In this document: positions 37,913 to 51,683 of the stretch, piece by piece | How the letters are laid out: each line of letters begins with the position of its first letter | Numbering within the stretch: position 1 is the first letter of the stretch | Origin: Zygnema circumcarinatum SAG 698-1b | Taxonomy: Eukaryota > Plantae > Zygnematophyceae | Assembly: GCA_037447605.1 (NCBI GenBank) | Contig: CM074806.1 | Coordinates: 2,418,001-2,482,000, forward strand | Length of the DNA: 64,000 bases | Reading direction: 5' to 3' | Notes under the pieces: generated by a model | Database searches by the model: none | What the model was told of the DNA's origin: nothing | What the model saw: the letters and a program-made list of their open reading frames with translations, nothing else | Position numbers and translations under genes: made by a program

Positions 37913-40900
37913 TGTAGCGTAACGGAGCTGCGTTCGGCGGATCCGCGTCCGTTCAGTTGTACTTGACGTATGCCTCTTCCGTGTCACGGATCAACGGAAT
38001 CCAGGAGCTGCCAACGGAGATTGAGAGAAGGCGGCGCCATGCGTTGGCGGCCCACGGAACAGCACACCATCCAGCAAGGCGCACTCGGGAACACCGCCTA
38101 AGGCCGCCGATTNNNNNNNNNNCAAGATCGACTCTACCAGCAGTTCCTGAAGACACAGAATCAACAGTTGTTCGATCCCTACGCTACATCTACTCGGAAC
38201 AAGCCTTCCTTCTCCGGCGTCACTGCTCAGGACGTCCGGACAGCCCCTGTGGTGCAGCCTCTGGCCATAGCCAGCACAACCAAGCCCCTTCCCCTTTCCC
38301 CATACCCTCATGATCCGGCGCATCCCATTGAGCCGGCGGTGAATCCTCACATACCAGATGTTTCTCGTCCAGGATATCGGGCTCCTTATTCCGATCGCAC
38401 ACCCGAAGAGAGAGAAGCTGCCAGGGCCGATCTGCGCCGTCGGATGACAGAGGCAGGGGTTCCAGAGGGCGTCTGTCTTGCCTGCGGCCTGAATCATAAT
38501 CCGCGGCTGCGTTGCGGACCATGGACCTGCACCTTCTGCCAAATCACGGGACATGATGCCCGTGTGTGCATGCGGAGACTCTCAAGTGAGAAGGCCCGGA
38601 GGGGAAAGAGGCAGCTGCAGGGAGCTCACCTGCAGAGATCACCTTCATGGATATGCTCCCGGCTGCTCCCACACCACCGAGAACTCCGGCTCCCTTTCGC
38701 CCGCCTCCACCTCCTTCACCCGCTTACACCATCCTGCAACGACCACCTATCCATCTGCACCCCATGGACTCCCCCTCCCCGTCAAGCATCGGGTGCTGAG
38801 CCCCACCCGCTGCGCGATCACGCACTGCGAGGTTGCTTGCGGCATTCAACGGGCCTTGTTGAATTCTCTATCACTTCTGGTGAAGCGGATGCTCAAGCCC
38901 GGTATCCACTGAGTTTTTAGTCCGTCATCAAGTGATTTTATTTATTCCTTTATTTCCTGTGAATCCAGGAGTGCCAGCTTCTCGGGTACGGTCCACCGGT
39001 CGCCACCCCTGTCGGTATAACTTCAGTTATCCCTCCCTTTACGGTTATCCTTGGGATCCCTGTGAGGCTATGAAGACTCAATGAAGAGGAGCCGAGACGC
39101 AGCCAGGTTGCACGAAGTTCCTGACGAAGAGACTACGCCAATCCACCCCATCGCCCTCGGGCAGCTCGTTTCTACCCCCAAGCAGCCGATCGTCGACCAC
39201 CCCCCCCGACAGACGGCCTATCCCTGATTGAACGCATGGTTCATCAACTCATGGGAGACAAGGCTAAGATCGGCATTACCTTGTCACAGTTGATGCAGCT
39301 TGTACCAGGTGCTGCCGCCGTAGTTCGAAAGCTAGCCGACAGTGCAGAGGCCACCCTGCGGCCTCCCACGGTTCCTATGGCATCTCCTCCGGACGTCCCC
39401 TCGCCAGCCGATATCCACCACATGGCGACGGCGCCTCCTCCGGACCCAGTTCGCTCTCCCCGCCATCCTCCTCGCCAGATTCAGATCCTCCCTCTGATCC
39501 CCACACCCAACGTGCGAATCATTGTCAATGTATGGCTAAACGGTCATCCCAGCAAAGCCATGATCGACACAGGAGCTATGCGCACAGTTCTGTCCAAGCC
39601 TGTGATGAAGGCTGCAGGGGTTAAGTTGGACAAGACACTTGAGCCCATCCCCCGATATGTGGGGGTTGAAGGGAGCTTACATGAAGGGACGGGAGCGTCG
39701 GAAGCGACCAGCCTTGGCCGAGATGGTGAGCCACGGTGAATGCGGCCATCACGCGGCCGCGACACATTCCATCCTGCCGGGCCCCAGATTGGCTCATCGT
39801 GTGGAGTAGAAATCGGGCTTTGCTACATGTCACCCGCACTTACCCGCTGGCGGCAGTGCGCCCCTTCCCCATCACCTCAGTCCCCACCATCCGCCGCCTT
39901 TGAAATTGCCATGCTACTGCTAGGCTCCTATCTGGTGTACCATGATGTACCATTCGGTCCTACCCCCATTCTTCTTATGGATCGGCCATTCCTATACTTG
40001 ACTACGAGATTCCTCTCCGTCTCCCAGTTCAGCTCCGGTGCGCCATGAGACTTGCCCGCGTTGACAGTGGCACCCAGCTTCCCACATGAGACCATCAGTG
40101 ATGACAGTGGTTGGAGAGAGGGGCAGACGCCATTGGGCTTGTCCAGATTGATCAAGACATCTCACTACGAGCAAGTGCCGCGCGAAATCATCAGTTTTCC
40201 CACCAGATTTTCACTCCACATCGTAAGACCATTATCGAGCACCACATCCACACGGACGCGCCTCCCGCCACTACCCTAACTCCCTACCGCCTTTCCGCCC
40301 GAGGAGGCCGATGTTGACGACATATCGATCAGAACGTGCCGCCGCATTGACGGAACCGGAGAGGGGCCGCGGCCACCTCGCCGGCCGCCCAAGCCGGATG
40401 GCACACTCCGCTTCTGTGGGGACTACCGAAAACTGAATGCAATAACGAAGTGGGATCCCTACACATTACCGGATGTGGACCTGATTCTCCACGGCGTCTC
40501 CCCTGATGACCGGTGGTTCTCGGCACTTGACATGCAGAAATCCTTCTGGCAGATCCCCCTGCGGCAGGCCGATCGCTGCAAGACAGGGCTTCGCACAGCC
40601 ACGCGCTTTGTGCAGTGGACAGTGCTTCCATTCGGGCTCAAGAATTCCAGTCAGACTCACCAGCGCCTGGCCAACCAGGTGTTCGGCCCCTGTCGTGCCT
40701 TCTGCGAGCCTTACGTGGATGATGCTTCCCTCCACAGCAAGGATGGTCCTCCCACCTGCAACACATTGACCAAGTCCTGCAACAGCTCATCAGTGCGCGT
40801 CTGAAGATTGCACCCAAGAAGTGCAAATGGGGCCACCAGGAGATCACTCATCTCGGGCACCGCCTCGGCATCAATGGCCTGAAACCATCACTCGATAAGA

Positions 40901-42597
40901 TTGAAGCGATTGCCCTTATGCCGATTCCACAGACCCTCACTCAGCTCAAGTCTTTCTTGGGGCTCACCTCATTCTATCGCCGGTTCATCAAGGGCTATGC
41001 CTCATCGGACGTCCCACATGCCTTGGAAAGAATACGCTGTCAATACGAATGGAGCTGAGTCTATTTGGCCTTCCACGCGCTCAAGAGTGCCTCTTTCATG
41101 TTCTCCTTGCCGCATCAATCCCACCCCACCCCTCCCACCATTATTGACGCCGACTGGAGTCAGACGGGCTTTGGGGCAGTGGACAGTCAAGCATTCACGG
41201 ATGGGGAACACCCGGTCAGTTATGCTAGCAGGGTCTGTTCAGAAACCGAGACCAAGTATAGCCCTACTGAGGGAGAGGCCGCGGCTATCCTCTGGGCACT
41301 CGAGAAGTTCAAGCTCTTCACGGCATACCAGCCTGTTATCATCCGGACTGACCACATGCCCCTCACTTGGCTGCACATCATGGCCACCCTCCGACCTAAG
41401 TTTGCACGATGGGTGATGAAGTTGGAGGAGTACAATGTACTCAAAGTCACTCACCGTCCCGGCCGTAGTCACGGCAATGCTGATGGCCTCAGTCGCAATC
41501 CCTCGGCTCCCCTCCTCTGCCACGATCCGGCCGTTCCTGAACCCATCCCTCCACCCACCCTCCTGAACCCTGAGCATCTTCCCATTGAGATCTTTATTGC
41601 AGAGCAAGACTTACATGAGGTCATATTCGCAGATGGAATTATCGATATTCCGGCCACGGCCACCACCCTCCATCGCTGGCAAGACCCTGACTTCACCCAC
41701 GGCCACCCCCATGCGGATCCGTGGGAACTCCTCATGGACGACGATGGTGAAAATCCCTTTCTTCCTCCCCATTTCCCCAGCGCCAATGACGTCCATTCTG
41801 ACTCCTCCCTTCTGCGCTACGTCATGACTCGCACGCTGCCCCCTTTTGTCACGGACACCGAGAAGACTCGGCTGCTCCGCCGCGCTCGGAAATTCTCTGT
41901 CGATGATGACGGACAGATTCTCTACCTCCCCTCCGGCCTTCCTGTTCCATTCCCTAACGAGCGTATGGAAATTCTCGACGTCGCCCACGATTCCCAACCT
42001 GCAGGCTTCCACCTCGGACAGAAGAAGATGGTGGCCCAGTTGCAGGAGCGCTACTATTGGCCCGGCCTCCATGGCGCGGTGAGCCGCTACATTGAAACCT
42101 GCACCCGCTGCCAACGCGGCAAGCGCTCTGCTCCCCCCGACCGCCAACCCCTCGAGATGGGGGAGATCCCAATACGCGGCGTCGCCGAAGACTGGAACAT
42201 CGACACCTTTTCTATCCCCCAGCTCGGTACCCCCTCTGGCTACATTCGGGTCTTCCTAGCCGTGGACAGATACACCAAGTGGGTAGAGGTTCACGCTACA
42301 GACTCTAAGCATTCAGTCCACTCTGCCCGCCTCCTGACGGCCATCATTCACCGCCACTCTCTCCCCTACTCTGTCCACTCTGACAATGGCACCGAATACN
42401 NNNNNNNNNGTCTTCAGAATCCCTACGTCTTCCGCTGCGCGTACCTCTGAATCCCCCGGATCCTGGCTCTATGCTGCAGGCAGACCCACAGCACCACCCC
42501 AACCCTACGTCAGTTTCAGCACGGACACGCGAGTGGCCGTACAGCCCCTGCAGCTAGCTCAGCAGTCTTTGTTTAACCCCACTTATCTTGTGCTACA
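37913..42597 (+). mobile_element. Ty3/Gypsy copy 2 (same family, two assembly gaps)
   Basis: TGTAGCGTAA..TTGTGCTACA, 4-bp TSD CGGT. Gag, IDTGA protease, YVDD RT, RNase H and integrase. N-gaps at 38113-38122 and 42400-42409. Confidence 0.93.
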
Positions 42598-42689
42598 CGG
42601 TTGCGGCTGACGCAGGGATCGGAGTTCGTACAGATATTCGTACCATACCTCCGCTTGACCGTACGCACACTGTACTGTACTGTACTGTA

Positions 42690-43188
42690 CAGGGGGTCCT
42701 CGTCATATTTTCCACCTTCAACAGTGCCTGCGTCACCAATAAATTCGCACCGATTTTGCCGAAACCACCTTTTTGTACGGTAACTTAGAGTTAGCCGTAC
42801 TATTCGTACTATCCGTACCCTAAATCCCTGAAACCCTAAAAACCCTAAAACCCGTACAATTCGTACTGACCGTACTAGCCGTACTAGCCGTACTAGCTGT
42901 TACGGGCTTACGCAAAACTCACCTTCTTTTTGGCTTCGAAACGATACGATACGATACGATATTTCCCGATACGATAGCAGCAGTACTAGCTGTACGAGCT
43001 GTAGAAGCCGATACGGCACGATGCGGTACGATATAACAACAAACAATACGATACGATGCGTACGAATATACATGAACACTAACATCATTCCGCTCGCCTA
43101 TTGGTAACACGGACCTTCTATTTGCCAAAAACAATATTTTCGCCCGGTATTTGCCGAAACCAGGTGGAAAATATGACGAGGACCCCTG
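42690..43188. mobile_element. Tc1/mariner-like MITE
   Basis: TA-CAGGGGGTCCTCGTCATATTTTCCACCT ... AGGTGGAAAATATGACGAGGACCCCTG-TA. Interior has CCCTAAA and GATAC repeats. Confidence 0.8.
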
Positions 43189-43299
43189 TACTGTATCATT
43201 GCCACGTGTCCGTGTCCGTACCGTCTCGTGCGCCTTCGGTCGGCAGCGCGGCGGGGCCGCTCTCGCCGAGCCAGGGAGGGAGCGGGGGGACGCCGGGGG

Positions 43300-43500
43300 G
43301 GGGAAAGGGGGAGGGGGAAAGGGGAGGGGAGGAGAGGGAAGGGGAGGAAAAGGGGAGGGGAGGGGAGGGGAGGGGAAGGGGAAGGGGAANNNNNNNNNNG
43401 GAAAAGGGGAGGGGAGGGGAGGGGAGGGGAAGGGGAAGGGGAAGGGGAGGGGAAGGGGAGGGAAGGGGAGGGGAGGGAAGGGAAGGGGAGATGGGGAGGA
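43300..43500. repeat. Polypurine (GGGGA/GGAAG)n tract spanning an N-gap
   Basis: Read directly. Confidence 0.85.
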
Positions 43501-46149
43501 AGTCGAAGCATTCCGAAAAGGCACGAGTTGTGAATGCGATGGCCGAGAGTGGCATTCGCGCAGGCTTGGAAGTGATGGAGGAGTCGACGAGCGCGGAAAG
43601 CGACGTGGAGGAGAGGCGGTACCACAGAGGGAGGAGGCGCCCGCCCTCGCCCCCTCGTGGAATAGAAAATGAAGCTTGGCTGTGGGTGAATTATGACGAT
43701 CAAGGGCATTTGTTCACTGCGAATCGCCACGAGCCTTTAAAGTGAGTTGCGGTTGCAGTCAGATTATGAGTGGTTGGGAAGTCTTGAAACACTTCCATTG
43801 CTGTTTTGCTTAATCTAGAGTACGGTTTAACCTCCCAGGTAGCCAAGTGCCGGAGAGTCACGCTAAGCTGGGAAGGTAATAGTATTGGTGCAGAGGAGCC
43901 AAACTTGGTAAATTCTTATACGATGTGTTTTAAGCTTTGCTTTAACTTTCGTTCTCTCATGCTGTGCACAAATAAACTTGAGCGACCTTGAAGGTCGCTT
44001 CATGCGGGGTTCCAAAACCCAACATACGGAGTCATGCATTTCCTAAAAATTCTCAACAGTCGCCTCCTTCACTTTCCTCATCATGTTGTGCTATTTCCTA
44101 AGATTGGTTTCTGGTATCACATGCCCCGTTTTTGTGTTCCCTTCGGCCACGAGCTTATCTATGGGGATTGGTTTAGTGAAGGTGCACCTGACAGACACTT
44201 TGTTCGTAGTTTCCACACGTTGGGCTTAGAGAATTTGTGACGATGATGAGCAATCATGCAAGAATCTTTATGGCCGCAGTATTTTGAGTCCGGCATCTTT
44301 CTTGATGCAGCCCCGTAAGGCACATTCCGTACAACATAGTAACCAGACTTCTTCTCATTGAAGGCGCTCGTTGAGCCATAGACTCCATGAGCCCTTCGAT
44401 AAACGTATTTATTTCAAGGTTCTGCAACCACACTCTAATAAGCATTGCACGGGCAATTCCTACGCTGTATGCATTTATTGTTCTTAATCCAAATAGGTGG
44501 AGGCAAAAGTTCTGCCAGGTATGAAGTCACGGAGGGAACGGCGAAACATCTCTTTTTGTTCATTTTAGTTTTTGTCTGTGTAACATGATGGCTTGTCTGC
44601 AGCCCCATAAAATAAGGATATTTGCATAGGGCTGGATACATTGGTGTCGGCTCATACTAGTCGCAGGCTCTGTATCCTTTTGTAACGCCGCTTCTCCCGT
44701 TTTCCCGTTAGGATGCTTCCACATCAAGTTCCTTCTGACTACTTTTGTGAACTCATGTGTGTCAATCCCTTGAGCTTTCCTTGTTTCACCCATCCATTCA
44801 TCTGCCAAAGGTTGCATGGTTCATGAGCTGAAGTGCATACATCAACCCATGCAACCCCAGGAACTTTGATTGACAGAACATGCCATATGTCGATACTCAA
44901 TGGGTTTGCGAGTCTAAAGCGGACTGCTGATTAATGCGTGGTAGTGGTGCCAAGCATTGAAGGCACTGACTGATATCCAGCCTCTTGCCAGCAAGCAGCT
45001 TATCATTGAAGACAGACTTTGCACTCTTCCGCACCTACCTGACACATCTCCGTTTTGGGTGGGTCGACTTTGTTCTAATGCAGAAAGGTTTTCGATCTTT
45101 TTGAGAAAAAAATCGTGGTATGTAAGACTTCAATACCTGAGTTTGACCTGCTTGAAACGCTCCAATGTCCTGACTCTAGTCTCTAGTCTCAGTGATTCTG
45201 CAATGTTTGAGACAGAAGTGCTTGCCTGCCCAGGGCCATGCGCAATCACAGCCATCAAACCTCCCTTCTTGTTTTTTTGAAACATAGCATTTGGCCCATC
45301 AGTATCGATAGTTCCCTTGAAGGTATAGAAGGTTGTCAATTCTGAGTGCGTCATTGGTGGTGAGGTTGGGCTCAGACCCAAGAAGCAGGGGAGTGGCTCT
45401 ATCTCAAGCTCGGACAGGCGGCGTATCTTTCACCATGGATGACTCCGGAAGAGGTTGGCTCCATCCCTGAGTTGTGGAAGGAACCAAACCTGCTGTTTGC
45501 ACATAGTAAGAAGTTGGTGAATTTGGAAAGCGTGTGCCAAAACTTTATGTCATGAATGACACACATGAGGTGGAAAAGGTCTGCTGTTCAGTATGTCGGA
45601 AAAAAGTAGACAGGAGGGAAATTCCATCCTACAGATGATGATGCCATCGTCCTATGAACTGGACGGATCCATGTACGTACGCTGAAATTATCTTCAGACG
45701 AGTCCACAAAAAGAAAGCCTTTGACTTGACCTCCATGTCCCACACACAGTGGATGCATGGCGGCACATGCAGACCGTTCCCACCTTCCGTTTGGGTTGAA
45801 AGGCTTTGAGTCGCAGAGAGAGGAGTGGGCGCAGGCCCGCCTGGGCGGGGGAGGGGTCGTGGTGGCCTCGCGGGGGAGGGGGAGGGCACTCTCTGCTCAA
45901 GGGAAGCTCAGAAAGGAGGGGAGAAAGGAGGGGAGGGAGGGAGGGGGGGGGCAGAGCGGCAAGATAACAGCAGCTTCTGCAGGTGTTCGCAATGCCGTAA
46001 GGGGCTCTCACCCTCTGGAGAAGATGAGCGAAAGCGAATGGTTTTGATTCATGTTCTGATGCATCCGAATGTTTGTGTGACCTGCAGCGAGTGATAGGTT
46101 TGAGCGATGCGTGCAAGGCAATGGTGTCTAGTCTCTATTGCGTGTACAG

Positions 46150-49100
46150 GCCGGTGACTTTTGGTCTTTTGAGACCTGTTTGTCGTCTTCAGGGAAGAAA
46201 GCGAACAGTTGTTTTGTTGATTCGCAGATTGAGAAAACCCACGGTGGAATGGAATTGAATAAGGAGATGTATTCTGGGACGGACAAGAAGAGAGCAGCTC
46301 CGCCATGGTTTGGCGCAGCGCTGTTCCGCCACCGACTGTCCCTTCTCTATGCCGACAATTACACTCTGACCTGCTTCTGCTGCGTCTCAAGATACTGCTG
46401 GAAACTCTACAGATCTTATCTGGACAGCATGGAGAAGGAGGAAGAGGAGGAAGAGGGAGACGGAGATGAGAGCGGTCACCTTTTGAGCAGATGCACAGAC
46501 ACGAAGCCCCACCAATACTTGCCCTTCCAGGTGCCCGTGTTCCCATGGTTCAAGGAAAACACAGTCTGCGGAAACCCTAAAAAGTGCATTTGTTGTGCAT
46601 GCATGGCTTTGAGCGGAGGGGCAGCTCCGCCCCAAGGGGGGGCAGCAGACGACACGTGGCGGCTGCTGCTGCGGCTGAAACCCTCCTCCCTCCGCCCTCT
46701 TCTTCATCGTTGCGGCTTGCAAGGGGAGGAGGGGACGGAGGAGGAGAGGCTGCTCCGAGTGAGACAAGCATGGGCCCTCACCACTAAGGAGGCGAGGGGG
46801 AGGAAGGGAGCGAGCAAGGAGAAGAAGGAGGAGGGTAAGGAAGGGGGGGCGGAGGTGAGGGCGCATGCGAGAGGTCGGAAAGAATTGTTTGTTTACTTTT
46901 TGGGATTCTGGGGGTAGAAGCGAAGGGGATAAGGGGGGGGTGGGTATGTCTGCTGCTTGTTCAGCGTAAAGCTCCGTTTCTGCTGTACGGGCATGTTGCA
47001 GGTGCACGGCAAGCGCACCCCAAGACGGAAAAAGGAGGTACAGGACTTGATTATTCGAAATGGGATAATTTCACGGACAGTGACGACAACGACGACGATG
47101 CTCATTCAGGGGAGGAGGCTATTTGGAACGAACTGGAACGAGAGCCCTCTGATCCCTCTCAAGAAGAGAAAGAATCCGACACAAGCCGCGATGTAAACAT
47201 GGAGATTCTCATGAGCAAGCTGAAGGATATCTCTCCCTTGCAACTCTACACCGGCAACTGCCGCTGCTGCGCCTCCCGCTACTACTGGGACCGCATCCTC
47301 TGCACGAGTCCCCATGGAGGGAGACGAGCCACTCCCGAAGAACTGCAAGCCTGCCTCCCTCCCTCCCTCCCCCCCTTCTCCATAGAGGTCGCGCCATGGC
47401 AAAGCTCGGAGTGGGTCTGTCTACGGCCCGAGCGGTGTCCCTGTGAGAGCTGCGCTTTGGCCCGCGCGGGCCTCCTCCTCGCCCTCGCAAACCACCGCCG
47501 GCACGTGCGGGCGGGCGCCAACCGCGGGATGGACCAATGGAGGGCAGAATGGGGGTTCAGGGGGGAGAGGGGGTTGGGGGGGGTGGGGGGGTTCAGGGGG
47601 TGGCACAGAACCCTCCTCGGGCGCATGGTAAGGACGGCGGAGGGGGAGACTGGGGGCGAGGGGTGGCTGGACGAGGAGGGGCGATTTCTGGAGAAGTTGT
47701 TATGGCGGGTGTGTTTGAAGGTGGTGGAGGAGCAGGTGGCGAGGGAGAGATTGTACTGGGGGGAGGGGGAGGAAGGGGGAGAGGGCAGGGTTAGGTGGGG
47801 GGAGGGGTGGTCGCCTGAATGCGATGGTTTGGAGGCTAAGGGAGAAACAGCGCCCTCATCTCTTCGAGGAGAGAGGGGGCAGGGGAAGGGCAAGGCGGAG
47901 AAGGCTGACGAGGGAGAGCCCGAAAAGCACACCCAGAGAGGGAGGGGAGGGCTGCAGAAGGATACACAGGTTGCCAGAGATAGCGAAAGGTCAAACAGCA
48001 GGGTTGGAGAGGGAAAGCAGGCAGAGGGGGGCGAGGCTCCTTGTAAAGTCAACCTCGCAAAGCAAAACTCAAGTATCGACTACTCCAAATGGGAGCACAT
48101 TGAAGACAGTGATGAAGAGCTACCTGGGGAGGAGGCTCCTCCTTGCCCCTGTGGGCAGTTCTCCAACGGATTTGACATGGAGGAATGGGAGGAGAGCTAT
48201 CACACCTCTCACCCTTGGATCAAGGACATATATGAGGGAATGAGGGCTGAGGTGAGTTGGAAGTGCTATTGTTAGGGGAATGAGCAGAAACAGTTCAGGT
48301 TTGTACTGCTGCTGACAGCACCAATGAAATTCTGCGTGGTGATTACTGGAGCAGACGAAAGCAATGTCGTCTATCTACATTGTAAAAGACGAGTAAAATC
48401 AGCCGTGCGATGTCAATCTACGAATGGATGAACGAATGACTGAATGATTCGTGTGTTTCCCTTTGGTGTGCAGCTGCTGGAAAAGCTGAAGAGCGATAAG
48501 ACGGGCGAGACGATGCGCAAAGTGGTGGTTGCCATACACGAGCAGTTTGGTCCTGGGTATGCGCCGCCTTGTGGGGGGAGGAGGGGGGGGCTCGCATTGA
48601 CTGGCAACGCCTAATTGTTCTCTGCCTTTGGACTCCACCCTTAACACCTTAGCTTAGAAAAAGGACTAGCAGTGCGTCCCCTTTGAAGGAGGAGGTTGCT
48701 TCAATACGCTCCCTTCTGTCAGTCAGTCAGTTTGCCCCCCCCCTCTTGCCCCATCTCCGCGTTTTAGTGAAAGGTGGGTGAGACACAGGAGATTGGTTTC
48801 TCTCTCTAACTGTTGGTCGTCTCCTTTAGCCCTCCATCGCATGTTTCAGGCTAGCAAGCTCGCAACTTGCATTGTTTTCTGATGGAAAGAAGCCTCTCCT
48901 GCGGTGTGCACGCGGCCGCAGATTCCTGCTGAGGATGTGCCGCGAGTGGGGGCTGTGCCGCGAGCCGGAGCCCTCCGGGGAGCGGCTCGTGCGGTTAGTG
49001 GCACAGCGCGGGACCCCGCAGGTGCGCGCTCTCTCTCTCAGGGGGATGGCCTGTGCTTTTAGCCGCGGCTGAATCCGCTATTGGCTTACAGAGCGACGAA

Positions 49101-50544
49101 GCACGAGTGTCGTAATGGCAGTCGGACAAGGGGGACTGCTTTAGGGAGGATAGGATGGCAAGCATTGGAGTCCTTTGTGGGGAAGGTTTGCAATCACGGA
49201 GGAGATTCCAATAGCCGGAGATGACCGAGGGGCGGGCAGAAACGGTAGATGTGTCTGCCTGCCTGCCCGGAACGGTCTACAGAAAATTTCTGTTTCTGAT
49301 TCAAATGAGAGGAATTGTTTGCTACAGGCGCTTGTGGACTGCCTTCCCGCACCCATAGTGGAGAGTGTTCTCCAAATATTTCGCGGCTCAGAAAAGAATT
49401 CTGCCACAGCCATGCCCTTTGGCGGCTCCTTTTTCGACATGTTTCATTCGCCTGCATGCTGTACAGTCCATTCCACACACTCATGTTTTCGTAAAATTGA
49501 GGCAGCATGGGCCGTGTATATAGCAGTTTGGCCTTTAGAGAAGTCCTGTGCTTACTAATCTGTTGTTTGCTTCGGAGGCATGAAATTCTGGGGAATGGTA
49601 AGACTTTCTGCTCATTTGAGCTAACCCTTTATGTGTGAATGAAGCAGATCAACACGGTCATGGTCATGGTGATGGTGATGGTCAGCAACAGCATGTGGCA
49701 TCCTTTACAGCCACCCTGAAAGGGCAGTCAGCGAGGGTGGACACAACACGTTCAAAAAAAGGGAGTTCCAAGGCGGCAGGGTCTTCTCGCAAGAGCAGTT
49801 CGGCCATGGCGGCGGAGTCGGAGCGGGTCCCCAAACAGAGAGAGAGGGCCAAGGAGCGAGAGGGGGAGTGGAGCCCTCTCAAGTGCTCTCTCCCTTCGTG
49901 TGGGAAGGAGGAGGAGCGGCCGAGGCAGTGGAAGTTGTGAGCATTGCTTCCCCAACTTTCCCTTGTTAGCATTTCAGTGCAACCATGGACTGAGGTGGAT
50001 ATTTGCAATGTCCATCTGTGTTGCAAAAAAGTCCTTAACACTTTAAAATGAGATGGAGGATGTCTTTTTCGTTGGAAAGGAGGGCTATTGTGGGCTCGAG
50101 TCTGACCTTTCTCACCACGTTGGCATTTCTTCCTTGCATTATATTCTGTGCTAATTCTTCCACCTCATGGCGGATGACGCAGAATAGTTATATAGAATCG
50201 TTTCATTGTATGCTCTGATAGCCAACTGGTCGCATGGTGCACCAGGATAAGCACTAGCCGAGTAGACTATATTCCAGTGTTGCCATTGGACATGAAAGTG
50301 ATCAGCAAGCGCTCAATTTATCATCTACCTTCTTTTGGGAAAATTGACTCTGGTAAATTAGCAAGATATGCCTTGTATACAGGGAGAAAGGTCAGCCTTT
50401 CCATGTGGCTGTACGTGACCAGAGGGCGTGTCTGGCCACTCCTCCTGCAGGTGTGAACGGTGTGGGCTCGCGGCATACTGTGGACGAGAGTGCCAACGTC
50501 AGCATTGGAAAGCTCACAAGGGTCCATGCAGTGGCGTCTTGTGA
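46150..50544 (+). CDS. MYND zinc-finger protein with two Cys-rich repeats. 5' end unresolved (possibly ATG 43539).
   Basis: Exons ~46150-46873, 47002-48252, 48474-48556, 48850-49021, ~49328-, ~49648-49936, 50450-50544. C-terminal CSLPSC..L/CERCGLAAYCGRECQRQHWKAHKGPC*. Confidence 0.75.
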
Positions 50545-51683
50545 GCAGCAGCAGCAGCAGCAGCGGCTGAAAACTCAGTTCCCCTCTGAGTCCTATTTAC
50601 TGGACTCCAAGTTTAGGACCTCATGCTAATTAACAAACGTGGAGAACCCAACCTCAACCACGCACCAATCTACAAATCCCAAAAAAAACATAGGGCACAG
50701 GTTAATAGGTTTGTCAGGTTCCCACTTGGCGGAAGCTTTTAGCTTCTCCCGACTGCACAGCAGTTGGGAGACACTAAGGTAGAAAGAGTTACAGAATTTG
50801 GCAACTTTTCCAGCTGTCAGCACGGACTCTAGGCTTGTAGGCGCAAAGCTGCAGAGCTGTGCAGTTTCCCTTAAGCTGTGGACCCCTCAAATTTCTCGCT
50901 GGGCGCTCCTGTTTGGACTCAGCCTGAACTGAGCCTGCCAGTGGCAGGAACACATGACGCTGAAGCTGTTGGCCTATGGCGAGTTGAAACGCGTGTGCAG
51001 AGTTTAGGGCCCAATGGTTACAGTTCGGGTCCGAATCAACCGAGGTGGAAAACGGGTCTTGTCGGAAGATACGTGTTCGGCTTTGTGGCATGTAGGATGT
51101 GAGAAAGGGGAGATGCGACAAGGATGTTGGCAGCAGCAGTGCGAATTATAACACTTGACATTTCACTTTGCAATGGAGGTGTGGCCGTGGTCAAAAAGGA
51201 AAGCGTTAGCGGAAGGTGCTTCTTCTCCTGTGAAACCGCCTTCTTACACAATGACACAAGAAGCCATGAAACCGCAATAGGCTCCCCTTGAGGGTTGACC
51301 GACCCGATTTCCGTACATGTTTAAAGCCCCAGGAACTAACCGTGATTTCTCGCAGACTCCAACTCCTACAGCTAGAATGTTTTTACTGCTGGTGACAATA
51401 GCCTCTCATCCTATACAACCTAGCCGCTGCAGCGGAGCACCAAGACAGCACACGCACTGCGCAAAAATACTTCCTGTACATGTGGAGACACGGCCACAAA
51501 ATAACCGGTTTCTACGACTGACTACTTACAGAAGCTAGTCCTACTTCCGCATCCCTCCTCCAAGTCCATTGCCCCGTCGCGTTCCAAACCGTGAGTGAGT
51601 GTGCCTCAATGACATGTCATCAGGGGTGGAGATTCAACTTGTTCTCACTGAGAAAGATACTGTACTGTTCTGGATACTAGGTC

